A stretch of 64,000 bases of DNA from an uncultured delta proteobacterium. GTDB taxonomy: Bacteria > Myxococcota_A > Polyangia > Haliangiales > Haliangiaceae. The first letter of the stretch is position 1. The number at the start of each line of letters is the position of its first letter. A program made the position numbers and the translations under genes. Of this stretch, positions 24,887 to 34,077 are shown in pieces. The stretch covers positions 672,001 through 736,000 of the forward strand of contig CAVUQH010000003.1 in the NCBI GenBank assembly GCA_963743525.1, written 5' to 3'. The notes beneath the pieces were generated by a model, which was not told the DNA's origin, did no database searches, and was given only the letters and a program-made list of their open reading frames with translations.

Positions 24887-25216
24887 ATGACGATGACCAG
24901 TTGCGACTCCTGTAGTGGCTTCGTGCCGCCTGCGGCCAACCGCTGTCCCTGTTGCGAAGCCGCCGTCGCTCCGCAGCGCTGGCGCCGGCTCGGCCGCGCG
25001 CTGCTGGCGGTCGCCGGCAGCGGCGCCGTCGCGGTGACGCTGATGGCCTGTTATGGCGCACCCGCGCAATACCACCCGGTAGCACCGCAGCCGCCGGCCG
25101 CCGCCGACGCCGGGCCCGACCAGGTCGCGCCCGATGCCGGTGCCGAGCAGGCCGACGACACCTCGGGCGACGACACCGAGGCGCCTCCCGACCCGACCGC
25201 GGCAACGCCGGAGTGA
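24887..25216 (+). CDS. Putative radical SAM substrate: Zn-ribbon-like head, lipobox-Cys-Tyr-Gly, acidic tail
   Basis: CDSC-x10-CPCC, then RWRRLG and a hydrophobic helix, then TLMA-C-Y-G (C55-Y56-G57). Stop overlaps the rSAM start (GTGA). Confidence 0.75.
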   Translation: MTMTSCDSCSGFVPPAANRCPCCEAAVAPQRWRRLGRALLAVAGSGAVAVTLMACYGAPAQYHPVAPQPPAAADAGPDQVAPDAGAEQADDTSGDDTEAPPDPTAATPE

Positions 25217-26454
25217 CCACTCACCGGCGCCTCGACGTCGTCCGCGACGACTTCTTTCCCGCCTATGTGGTCTGGGAGCTGACCCTGCGCTGCGACCACG
25301 CCTGCACCCACTGCGGATCGCGGGCGGGGGTCGCGCGCGAGGGCGAGCTCGACACCGCCGAAGCGCTCGAGGTCGTCGCCCAGCTGGCGGCGATGCGCGC
25401 CCGTGAGGTGGTGCTGATCGGCGGTGAGGCGTATCTGCACGGCGGCTTTCTCGACGTGGTCGCGGCGCTGGCCCGGGCCGGCATCGTTCCCGCGCTGACC
25501 ACCGGCGGTCGGGGCATCACCGCCGAGCTGGCGCGGGCGATGGCCGACGCCGGCCTGGCCAGCGCGTCGGTTTCGCTCGATGGGCTCGAGGCCGCCCACG
25601 ATCGGATGCGCAGTCGGCGGGGCAGTTTCGCCGCAGCGACGGCGGCGCTGGAGCATCTGCGCGCCGCGGGCATCACCACGGGCGCCAACACCAACCTCAA
25701 CCGCTCCAATCGCGACGACCTCGAGGGACTGTACGAGCATCTGCGCCCGCGGGTGTCGGCGTGGCAGGTTCAGCTGACCGCGCCGCTCGGTCGCGCCGCC
25801 GATCGCACGGCCATGGTGTTGCAGCCGTGGGACCTGCTCGAGCTGGTGCCGCGCATCGCGGCGCTGAAGGAGCGGGGCATCGCCGACGGCGTGCGCGTGC
25901 TGCCGGGAAACAACCTCGGCTACTTCGGGCCGGAGGAAGCGCTGCTGCGCTCGTTCGAACCGGGTGGCCGCGACCACTTCGCCGGCTGTCAGGCCGGGCG
26001 CTTCGTCCTCGGGATCGAATCCCACGGCGACGTCAAGGGCTGCCCGTCGCTGCAGAGCGCGCACTACGTCGGCGGCAACCTGCGCCGGCGCCCGTTGGCC
26101 GAGCTGTGGCGATCGAGCGAAAAGCTTGCGTTTGCCCGCGCACGGACGGTCGACGATCTATGGGGCTTCTGCGCCACCTGCGACTACGCCGCCGCCTGTC
26201 TCGGCGGCTGCAGCTTCACCGCGCACGCGATCCTCGGCCGGCCGGGCAACAATCCATACTGTCATCACCGCGCCCGGATGATGGCGCGCAAGGGGCTTCG
26301 CGAGCGGCTGGTCCCGGCGGCGCCCGCGCCGGGGCAGCCGTTCGACTGCGGGCGCTTCGAGCTGGTGGTGGAGCCGAGCGACGCGCCCGACCCGGGGGCC
26401 GGCGTGGCGGTGACGGAGCTGGTTCGCATCCGCCGCCGCCCGGCCCGCGCCTGA
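25213..26454 (+). CDS. Radical SAM/SPASM peptide maturase, splicease (PlpX)-like
   Basis: VVWELTLRCDHACTHCGSRAG; SPASM GCQAG...GDVKGCPSL...LWGFCATC..AAACLGGC...GNNPYCHHRA; tail APGQPFDCGRFE. Confidence 0.88.
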   Translation: MTTHRRLDVVRDDFFPAYVVWELTLRCDHACTHCGSRAGVAREGELDTAEALEVVAQLAAMRAREVVLIGGEAYLHGGFLDVVAALARAGIVPALTTGGRGITAELARAMADAGLASASVSLDGLEAAHDRMRSRRGSFAAATAALEHLRAAGITTGANTNLNRSNRDDLEGLYEHLRPRVSAWQVQLTAPLGRAADRTAMVLQPWDLLELVPRIAALKERGIADGVRVLPGNNLGYFGPEEALLRSFEPGGRDHFAGCQAGRFVLGIESHGDVKGCPSLQSAHYVGGNLRRRPLAELWRSSEKLAFARARTVDDLWGFCATCDYAAACLGGCSFTAHAILGRPGNNPYCHHRARMMARKGLRERLVPAAPAPGQPFDCGRFELVVEPSDAPDPGAGVAVTELVRIRRRPARA

Positions 26455-26460
26455 GTCGAC

Positions 26461-26476
26461 GGGCACCCGGTTTGCA
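26461..26476 (+). promoter_or_regulatory. Putative sigma-54 promoter
   Basis: GGGCACCCGGTTTGCA, close to TGGCACN5TTGCW, 15 nt before ATG 26492. Confidence 0.6.
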
Positions 26477-26491
26477 ACGGATCGGGTCGCC

Positions 26492-27353
26492 ATGACCACC
26501 TTGCTGGTACCGATCGACTTTTCCGCCCACGCGCTCACCGCCCTTCGGCTGGCCCTCGGGGTGGGGGGCAATCGCCGGACCTCCATCACCCTGCTACACG
26601 TTCAACCGGCTGCCCGGCGGGGCGACCCCGGGGACGCCGCCGCCGGCGGTGCGCCCGGCCGCCTGGAGCGATTTCGTCACCCATCGCGCGTCGGGACTGG
26701 CGCTGCTCCTGGCCGCGTTCCGCGACGGCGCCGGCGCCACCAACGCGCGCATCGAAGTCGTCATGGACGAGGTCTCCACCGCGATCATCAATCGCGCGCG
26801 AATGGAGGAGACCGATCTGATCGTCATGGGCAGCCACGGCCCGGGCGCCGAAGAGGTGGCCTGGGTCGGCAGCGTGGCCGCCGCCGTCTGCTCGGCGGCG
26901 CCGTGTCCGGTGCTGGTCGCCCGCGCCGCTCACGCCGATCGCATTCCAGCCGACGGCCAGTTCCGTCGCGTCGCCATCATCGTCGACGACGTCGACCAAC
27001 TGGCGGCACTGGGACCGCAGCTCGCGCTCATCGTCGCCGCCGACGCCGCCGTGGACCTATTTCCCGCCTGGGACGGCGCTGCCGACGACGAACCCGACGC
27101 CGTCGCCCGGCACCTGCACCGGTTCGCCGCCGAGCACCTGGCCGGCCGCGACCTGATCGCCCATCCGGCGCCATCGGGCGCCGGCGATCTACTCGGTCAC
27201 CTCGAACGCACCGCGTGCGACCTTGCGATCGCCACCCCGACTGCCGGCGAGCCGGCACCGCACACGCGCCGCCTCGGTCGTCTCGCCGAGCGGCTGTTGT
27301 TCCAGAGCCCGGCGCCGCTGTTGATCGCCACCGAGCCCGGCGAGCGGTCGTGA
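26492..27353 (+). CDS. Universal stress protein (two USP domains); +1 frameshift near 26601
   Basis: MTTLLVPIDFS..TLLHV in one frame; DLIVMGSHG...GSVAAAV...PCPVLV in the next. Confidence 0.8.
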
Positions 27354-27453
27354 GTCTCCTGCTGACTTTCGGCGCAAATTCCGTTGCTTGCGTGAATTCG
27401 CTCGGCGCCTGCGCTGGCGTGCTCCGCGTTGCCGTGGGAAACCTTGCGCCCCA

Positions 27454-28707
27454 ATGCTCAAGCTGCGCATGACCGGCCTGGCGGACGTGGATCCGCTGCG
27501 CGTGCCGCTGCCCCACGGCACCGAGGTGACGACCCGCGTCGACCGCACGGTGAGCGACGGGCGCGTGGTGCGCGCCGGCGCGGTCGGGCGCGTGGTGGGG
27601 ATCGAAGGGGATGCCGTAACCGTGCGCGTCGTCGGCGTCGGCAATTTGCGCTTCGCGCGCGCAGAGCTGGTGCCTCGCAAGTCCGGCCAGCTGGAGTTCG
27701 CGGTTCGCCGCGAGGCGGCATGGCAAGCGCTGCGCGCCAACGTCATCCTCGAGACCGTGGTCGGATCGCGGGCGTGGGGCCTGGCCGACGACGGCTCGGA
27801 CACCGATCGCCGCGGCCTGTTCGTGTTGCCGTTCTCGTGGACCACCGGGTTGGTCGACACCCCGACCGAGCTGGTCAGCGCCGACGGCAGCGACACCTAC
27901 TGGGAAGTGGGCAAGGCGTTCCGCCAGGCGATCCGCGCCGACCCCAACACGCTCGAGATGCTGCTCCTGCCCGGGGCGACCGCGTCCGATCCGATGGGCG
28001 AGTGGGTGCTGGCCGCACGCGACGCGTTCGTGTCGTCCGAGATCTACGGCACCTTCGGCCGCTACGCGCTGTCGCAGCTGGCGCGGCTGCGCCAGGGGCT
28101 GCGTCTGGCCGAGCACCGCGCGCTGCTGCTCGACTGGCTGGCGGCCGATCCGCTGTCCCTCGACCAGGCGGCTGATCGCCTTGCTGCCGCCGCAGGCGTC
28201 AACGGCAAGAGCGCCGCCGATCGCCGGCTGCGCGCCAAGGAGTACATCAAGCAGCTGTACGGATCGATGTACGATCAGGGACTGCTGGGCGAGCGCGACT
28301 ACGCCAGCCTGGTCGCGTTCGCCCGCACCGAGCAGCACGACTTCGAGCTGCCGCGCGAGCTGCGGCCGAAGAACGCCTACAACCTGCTGCGGCTGCTGGC
28401 CACGGCGACCGCGTGGTTGCGCACCGGCACGCCCGACTTCGAGATCCGCGGGCCGCTGCGCGACGAGCTGCTGGCCATCAAGCGGCGCGAGGTGTCGCTG
28501 CCGGTCGTGCTGCGCCGCGCCGAGGAGCTCGCCGCCGACCTGGAAGACGCGCGCGAGGGCACGCCGCTGCCGGAGCGGGCCGACGTCGGCCGAATCGACC
28601 GGCTGCTTCGCCGCCTGCGCGAGGAAGCGGCCCGGCGCTGGCATGATCGCGTCCCCGGACCGTTTGCCGCCGACGCCGCCGAGTTGCCCCCCGCCGAGTG
28701 GAGCTGA
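27454..28707 (+). CDS. DNA polymerase beta-superfamily nucleotidyltransferase (RlaP-like) with N-terminal beta domain
   Basis: VGSRAWGLADDGSDTDRRG, DPNTLEML, KNAYNLLRLL. Confidence 0.85.
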   Translation: MLKLRMTGLADVDPLRVPLPHGTEVTTRVDRTVSDGRVVRAGAVGRVVGIEGDAVTVRVVGVGNLRFARAELVPRKSGQLEFAVRREAAWQALRANVILETVVGSRAWGLADDGSDTDRRGLFVLPFSWTTGLVDTPTELVSADGSDTYWEVGKAFRQAIRADPNTLEMLLLPGATASDPMGEWVLAARDAFVSSEIYGTFGRYALSQLARLRQGLRLAEHRALLLDWLAADPLSLDQAADRLAAAAGVNGKSAADRRLRAKEYIKQLYGSMYDQGLLGERDYASLVAFARTEQHDFELPRELRPKNAYNLLRLLATATAWLRTGTPDFEIRGPLRDELLAIKRREVSLPVVLRRAEELAADLEDAREGTPLPERADVGRIDRLLRRLREEAARRWHDRVPGPFAADAAELPPAEWS

Positions 28708-28708
28708 G

Positions 28709-29482
28709 ATGGAATTCCTGCACGGAACAGCGCGCGAGGTTGCCGCCCGCGTCGTCGCCGAGGAAGAGAGCCGCCGCCGTCACGTGGTCATCGCCCTGAG
28801 CGGCGCCCACGCCTACGGCTTTCCGTCGCCCGACAGCGACCTCGACCTCAAGGCGATTCACGTCGAGCCGACCCGCAATCTGCTGGGGCTGCGCTCACCG
28901 CGCGCGACCTTCGACCGGCTCGAGGTCATCGACGGCGTCGAGATCGACTACACCTCCAACGAGCTGCGCGGCGTGCTCGAGGGCATCCTGGCCGGCAACG
29001 GAAACTACATCGAGCGGGTGCTCGGCGCCCTGATCGCGGCCTCGTCGCCCGAGCACGAGCAGCTGCGCGAGCTGGTCCCTCGGGTGCTGTCGCGCCGCGT
29101 CCACCATCACTATCGCGGGTTCGCCGCCAGCCAGCGCAAGGCGTTCGAAGCCGCCGAGCAGCCGACGGTCAAGAAGTTGCTGTACGTCCTCCGCACTGCG
29201 CTCACCGGGGTTCATCTCCTGCGCACCGGCGAGCTGCGCGTCGACCTCACCACCGTGGCCGACGACTACGGCTACGGCGACGTCACCGAGCTGATCGAAG
29301 CCAAGAAGCAGGGCGAGCGCGCGGTTCTTGCCGACAGCGATCGCCAGGCGTGGCTGACCCGTCTCGATCGCCTGTTCGCGGCGCTCGACGAGGCGCGCGC
29401 CACCAGCGTGTTGCCGGACGAGCCGCCCGACGCCGCTGCGCTCGAGGAGTGGCTCGTCGACCTGCGCCGCCGACTGCTGTAG
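28709..29482 (+). CDS. DNA polymerase beta-superfamily nucleotidyltransferase (RlaP/YcgL-like)
   Basis: SGAHAYGFPSPDSDLDL, GNGNYIER, HHYRGFA, KKLLYVLR. Confidence 0.88.
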   Translation: MEFLHGTAREVAARVVAEEESRRRHVVIALSGAHAYGFPSPDSDLDLKAIHVEPTRNLLGLRSPRATFDRLEVIDGVEIDYTSNELRGVLEGILAGNGNYIERVLGALIAASSPEHEQLRELVPRVLSRRVHHHYRGFAASQRKAFEAAEQPTVKKLLYVLRTALTGVHLLRTGELRVDLTTVADDYGYGDVTELIEAKKQGERAVLADSDRQAWLTRLDRLFAALDEARATSVLPDEPPDAAALEEWLVDLRRRLL

Positions 29483-29556
29483 TCAGCGGGCGGCACGCCG
29501 CCAGCTTCTGCAGCTGTTTCACATCCATCATGTGCGGCGGGAGTATAGTCGCGGCC

Positions 29557-30117
29557 ATGGCACGGGTGGGGATTGCGCTGCTGTGCGCGGCGATGGCCGG
29601 CTGCGCGTCACCGGCAGGCCAGTCGGCGAACGGCCCCGCACAGACGCAGACCGCGCCGTCCGCGAGCGGCTGTCCGGCGCTGGCACAGCCGCCGGCGGGT
29701 CAATGTCGCAGCAACGCCGATTGCCACGGCCAGTGGGTCGAGTGCCAGTGGGGAACGCCGCCACTGCGACCGCGAGCGACCGGAAGCGGCAGGCTGTTCG
29801 GCACCGACGACGCGGCGTGCGAGCACGGCTACCAGCAGGAGACGCCGTGCCCCGCCGGGCAGGCGTTTCGCACCCGCCCGGCTGCCAACCTCTGTCCCAT
29901 TCCCGAGTGCATCCCGCGCTGCACCGCGACGTCGTGCAGCTCCGGCGACGCATGCGATCAGGGCACCGGCCTGTGCCAGCCGATCTCCTGCACCCACGGC
30001 TGGAGCTGCGCGGGCGACGAGATCTGCCAGCACGGCTCCAATGCCGACCCGCACGGCTGCGCCCCGCGCTGTCCCGGCTACGGGCGATGTGTGGTCTACG
30101 GTCCGCCGTCGCCGTAG
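29557..30117 (+). CDS. Cys-rich lipoprotein
   Basis: Lipobox MAG-C; many Cys in CxxxxxC-type spacing. Confidence 0.7.
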   Translation: MARVGIALLCAAMAGCASPAGQSANGPAQTQTAPSASGCPALAQPPAGQCRSNADCHGQWVECQWGTPPLRPRATGSGRLFGTDDAACEHGYQQETPCPAGQAFRTRPAANLCPIPECIPRCTATSCSSGDACDQGTGLCQPISCTHGWSCAGDEICQHGSNADPHGCAPRCPGYGRCVVYGPPSP

Positions 30118-30152
30118 GCAATCGCGGCGTCACCGTGGGTTATGCTGCGACG

Positions 30153-30731
30153 ATGCGAGCGCTGCTGTGCGTGGCCGTGGTCCTGGCCGGCTGCGGCGAC
30201 AACCTCCTGCCCAAGCCGGATGCAGGGCCGGCGGCCGTCGACGGCGACGGCGCCGTCTGCGCGACCACGGTGGCCGGTTACGCCCCGGCGCCGGGTATTC
30301 ACGTCGCCCTCTGCTCACCCATCACCTACGCCACCAATCCGCCGACCTCCGGTGAGCACTATCCGGTCTGGGCCGCGTTCGCGACGTACGACTACCCGGT
30401 TCCGTCTGGCTACCTGGTCCACGACCTCGAGCACGGCGCGATCGTCATCTTCTACAACTGTCCCGGCGGCTGCGACGGCGAGCTCGCCGGGCTGCAGAGC
30501 TACCTCGACGGGCGCCCCGACGATCCGTCCTGCGCGGCCGGCGTCCACCGGCGCATCATCGTTGCGCCCGATCCGGATCTCGAGGTCCGCTTCGCCGCCA
30601 GTGCCTGGGGCTGGGCGCTGCGCTCCAACTGTTTCGACCTGGACGCGCTCGACGCCTTCATCGACGCCCACTACGGCGGCGCGCCGGAGGATCTGTGCGC
30701 CGACGGCGAGCCCAACCCGACCTGTCCGTGA
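30153..30731 (+). CDS. DUF3105-like lipoprotein
   Basis: LAG-C lipobox; NPPTSGEHYP.W and VHDLEHGAIVIFYNC. Confidence 0.8.
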   Translation: MRALLCVAVVLAGCGDNLLPKPDAGPAAVDGDGAVCATTVAGYAPAPGIHVALCSPITYATNPPTSGEHYPVWAAFATYDYPVPSGYLVHDLEHGAIVIFYNCPGGCDGELAGLQSYLDGRPDDPSCAAGVHRRIIVAPDPDLEVRFAASAWGWALRSNCFDLDALDAFIDAHYGGAPEDLCADGEPNPTCP

Positions 30732-31427
30732 CTACTGGGTTCGCGCGGCGATGCCGCGGCTCTTCAGTACGGCGTCGATGATCGGCCCGACGGGCACCAG
30801 GCGCTTGACCGCATAGTGCTGAAACGCGATGGCCTGGGCCTGTTCCAGGGTCGCGCTGCCGTGCTCGATGTGGGGGGCCACCTGCTGTTCGACGAGCTGG
30901 CGGCAGACCTCCGGTGTGAAGACCTGGGCCATGGTGCGCAGCATGGACAGCTGGTCGCGGACGCGGTCGATCGGCAGGCGGTCGAGGGCGCGGGCCATGG
31001 CCGCACGGAACCCCGCTGGCGAAGCGTCGCCGCGCGCGTAGGTGTCGGCCCAGACGCGGATCGTCAGACCGCGCATCGCTTTGTCGACCGGGTCCGCGGT
31101 GAGGGAGGCGATGCGATCGATGCGGGCGATCGCATCGGGCCACTGATCGTCGATCGCGTCGAGCAACGCGAGCACGAACAGGTGATCGGTCAAGCTGGCG
31201 CCGCGCAGGTCGCCGCGATCGACTTCCCGCTGCAGGTCGCGCCGCAACGGCCCGGCAAACGCGGCGAACGCGCCGTCGTCGGAGACCAGCCGGCCGACGT
31301 CGGCGGGGACTGGGTAGCCGTGGCCGGGCTCGGGGCGGTTGGCGTGCTGTGCTGGCGCCCTGGCGCAGGCCCACGGCAGCAGCGCGGCGACGACGGCGAT
31401 GGCCGGCAGCGATCGAAGATGAAACAT
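30732..31427 (-). CDS. Hypothetical helical lipoprotein
   Basis: AGGAG RBS; signal peptide ending PWA-C; typical codon usage. Confidence 0.65.
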   Translation of the reverse strand: MFHLRSLPAIAVVAALLPWACARAPAQHANRPEPGHGYPVPADVGRLVSDDGAFAAFAGPLRRDLQREVDRGDLRGASLTDHLFVLALLDAIDDQWPDAIARIDRIASLTADPVDKAMRGLTIRVWADTYARGDASPAGFRAAMARALDRLPIDRVRDQLSMLRTMAQVFTPEVCRQLVEQQVAPHIEHGSATLEQAQAIAFQHYAVKRLVPVGPIIDAVLKSRGIAARTQ

Positions 31428-31450
31428 CGCAACTCCTACGAAGCCGCTGG

Positions 31451-33328
31451 TCAGCCCACGGTGACCACTGCCAGTTCGAGGTCGTCACCGATCCCTTTGA
31501 GCGTGGCGGCGCAGCCGCTCGTGGTCAGGCCTTCATCCGCCAGGGCGGCGGCGACCTCGGGGTGGGCGCACATCTCGTGCAGCATGACCAGTTGATCGGC
31601 GCCCGCCTGCTCTTGCAGGCGCCACGCCGTGTTGACCGTGCTGCCGAACAGATCCATGCGCTGATTGGCCCGAACCATGACGCACGGACCGGCGTGGACG
31701 CCGACCTTGAGTCGCAGGCCGTGGCCGCCGTGGCTGCTGCGCGTCGCTTCGATCATGTGGCGCGCGGCGCGGACGGCGTCCCCGGGCGAGGCGAAGCTGG
31801 CCATGACGGCGTCGCCCATGGTCTTGAGAATGGCGCCGTTGGTGCCGGCCACGACCGCGGCCATCTGGCGGAAATGCTCCTGGATCAGCGAGAAGGCCCG
31901 GGCATCGCCGATTGTGCTGTAGAGCTCGGTGGTCCGGGTCAGATCCGAGAACAGCACCGCGACCGAGCCGATGGTCAGGTCCGAGCCGGTGGCCGGCGCC
32001 TCGGTGCCGTACAGGTCGACGAACTCCGGCATCGTCATGATGTCGGTGCCGCGGGTGGCCACGGCGTCGGCGCCGCGGCGCTCGAGCAGGAGGATCTCGT
32101 CGCGGTCGGTCTGGTTGACGATGACGACCGTCGTCCGATCACCTGGCGCCGCCGGCTGGTGAGCCTCGACGACGATGTGGTGGTCGTCAACGCGCAGCGT
32201 ACACGCGCCGTGGGGCACGTCGATCCGCGCGGGCCCGCGCAACGGTCGGGCCAGGTAGCCAACGGCGGGGAACCGGGCGTCGAGGCGCCGGGTCTGGCCG
32301 GCTGCGACCTCGATCACCGCGAGCACGTGGGGGCGAAACCACGGCGAGCTGGTGCAGTAGACCCGCTCGGCGACCTCGCGGATGCCGGGATTGACGCGGA
32401 ACACCGCCTCGACGTTGTCGGAGAAGTCGACGTCGAAGTCGATGTCGCACACCGCGCAGTGGGCGCGGCGGCCGACCTGATGCAATCGCGGCGCGCTGGC
32501 GGCGCCGACGCGACAGCGGGGGCAGTTGAGCTGCCAGCGCAGGTCGAGCATGCCGCTGGTGGCGGCGTGGAGGAACGAGCGCAGCAGCGGGCGCCGGCGT
32601 ACGCCCCAGGCGCGGGCCAGGGCGAACGGTCGAATCTGTTCGAGCTCGGCGTCGGGGCGGTGGCGGATCAGCTCGACGATGCGCCGGCGGTGGTCGCCGT
32701 CGATCGGCGCGTCGTCCAGCTTGCGCTGGCAGAACGCGAGCGCCTCTTCGCGCACCGGGCTGGCGTCGCCGTCGACGACCGGGTGGGCACTCAGGCCGAC
32801 CAGCGCGCGGCGGGCATAGACCGCGGCTGGCTCGTCGATTTCCGCCGCGGGGAACGCTGCCCCCGCGAGCAGCTGTTCCATCGCGTCGAGATAGCGATCG
32901 GCCGAGCTGCCCAGGTTGCGCTCCATGCCGGCCGCCAGATTGTCGGGAAGCGGCAGAGTGGGGCGCATGTACGCCCGCAACGTCACCCGCGTGCCGCCGT
33001 CGGCCTGGGCCACGTCGACCCGGTAGCCGGCCACCGACAACGGCCCGGTCAGATAGCGCCGCTCGCCGTGGACGAACTCGCCCTCGAGCCACTCGCCGCG
33101 TTCGAGCCAGGTCGATGGGATGCCGGCGAGCCTGGCGTGGCCGACCATCTGCAGTCCGGGCTCGCCGTCGATTGGCTGGGTCTGGTACGTCGAGGCCCCG
33201 GCGCCCACCACGCGATCCCAGCGATTGGTGTCGCCAGCCAGCGCCCAGACCAGCGCGGGCGGTGCCGAGATCGTTCGCTGTCGCTGTACCGAGAGCTCCG
33301 CCGGCCGACCTTGCCCGTCCCCCGCCAT
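31451..33328 (-). CDS. Class III adenylate cyclase with SRPBCC-like N-terminus and Zn-ribbon middle domain
   Basis: LFSDL, KTMGDAVMA, DLFGSTVN.A.RL, LKG; CPRC...CAVC. Confidence 0.88.
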   Translation of the reverse strand: MAGDGQGRPAELSVQRQRTISAPPALVWALAGDTNRWDRVVGAGASTYQTQPIDGEPGLQMVGHARLAGIPSTWLERGEWLEGEFVHGERRYLTGPLSVAGYRVDVAQADGGTRVTLRAYMRPTLPLPDNLAAGMERNLGSSADRYLDAMEQLLAGAAFPAAEIDEPAAVYARRALVGLSAHPVVDGDASPVREEALAFCQRKLDDAPIDGDHRRRIVELIRHRPDAELEQIRPFALARAWGVRRRPLLRSFLHAATSGMLDLRWQLNCPRCRVGAASAPRLHQVGRRAHCAVCDIDFDVDFSDNVEAVFRVNPGIREVAERVYCTSSPWFRPHVLAVIEVAAGQTRRLDARFPAVGYLARPLRGPARIDVPHGACTLRVDDHHIVVEAHQPAAPGDRTTVVIVNQTDRDEILLLERRGADAVATRGTDIMTMPEFVDLYGTEAPATGSDLTIGSVAVLFSDLTRTTELYSTIGDARAFSLIQEHFRQMAAVVAGTNGAILKTMGDAVMASFASPGDAVRAARHMIEATRSSHGGHGLRLKVGVHAGPCVMVRANQRMDLFGSTVNTAWRLQEQAGADQLVMLHEMCAHPEVAAALADEGLTTSGCAATLKGIGDDLELAVVTVG

Positions 33329-33452
33329 GTCGATCGATTCTAGCGAATATCGGGCACTTCGGGGATGGGTGTGTAAAGGCCGTGTAAGGAGGTGCGGTGG
33401 ACGAGATCGGTTGCGGGGGCCCAGGCGTATCTACCTGCAAGGAGGCACGTCC

Positions 33453-34076
33453 ATGTCAATCAAACCGTTTCTGCTCTCGTTCACCGCAACTGCCCTTCTG
33501 GCCGCGCCGTTCGTCCTTCAGGCCGACGCTCCGCCCCAGCTCGCCGAGGTCCGCGTCGCTCCCGGTCCCGGGCAGGAGACGATGGTCAATGGCATCAACT
33601 TCCATTCGGTGTTGCTGACGCGCGACGCCAAGACCGCGACCCTGCGGGTGACGGCACGAAATCCCACCGCGACGCCGATCCGCACCGAGGTCTCGGCCGA
33701 GCTGATGATGATGCCGCAGACCTCGCCGATGGCGCGCATGGTGCCGCCACCGCGCGAGGTCGCCGCGGCGCCGATCGCGGTCAGCCTGGCTCCCGGCCAG
33801 AAGATCATCCAGACGATCACCGTGAAGTTGCCCGCCGACGTCGCCCAGCAGCTGGCGGCGGCAGACCAGGCCAGGGCGGCGGCAGACAAAGCCAGGGCGG
33901 CCGCCGGCAAGGCCAAGCCGTCGCCCAACAGCGACGCCGAGCTCGCGCTCGAGCTGACGCGCCCGCCGTCGCTCTACACCATGGTTCGCGAGTCGGCGCC
34001 GCCGGTGAAGGCGACCAAGGCAGCCCAGGCCCAGGCCCAGGCGCCGGCCGAGCCCCAGCGCGTGTCGGCGAACTGA
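33453..34076 (+). CDS. Secreted hypothetical protein
   Basis: AGGAGG RBS, signal-like N-terminus; ends 1 bp before the next gene. Confidence 0.75.
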   Translation: MSIKPFLLSFTATALLAAPFVLQADAPPQLAEVRVAPGPGQETMVNGINFHSVLLTRDAKTATLRVTARNPTATPIRTEVSAELMMMPQTSPMARMVPPPREVAAAPIAVSLAPGQKIIQTITVKLPADVAQQLAAADQARAAADKARAAAGKAKPSPNSDAELALELTRPPSLYTMVRESAPPVKATKAAQAQAQAPAEPQRVSAN

Positions 34077-34077
34077 C

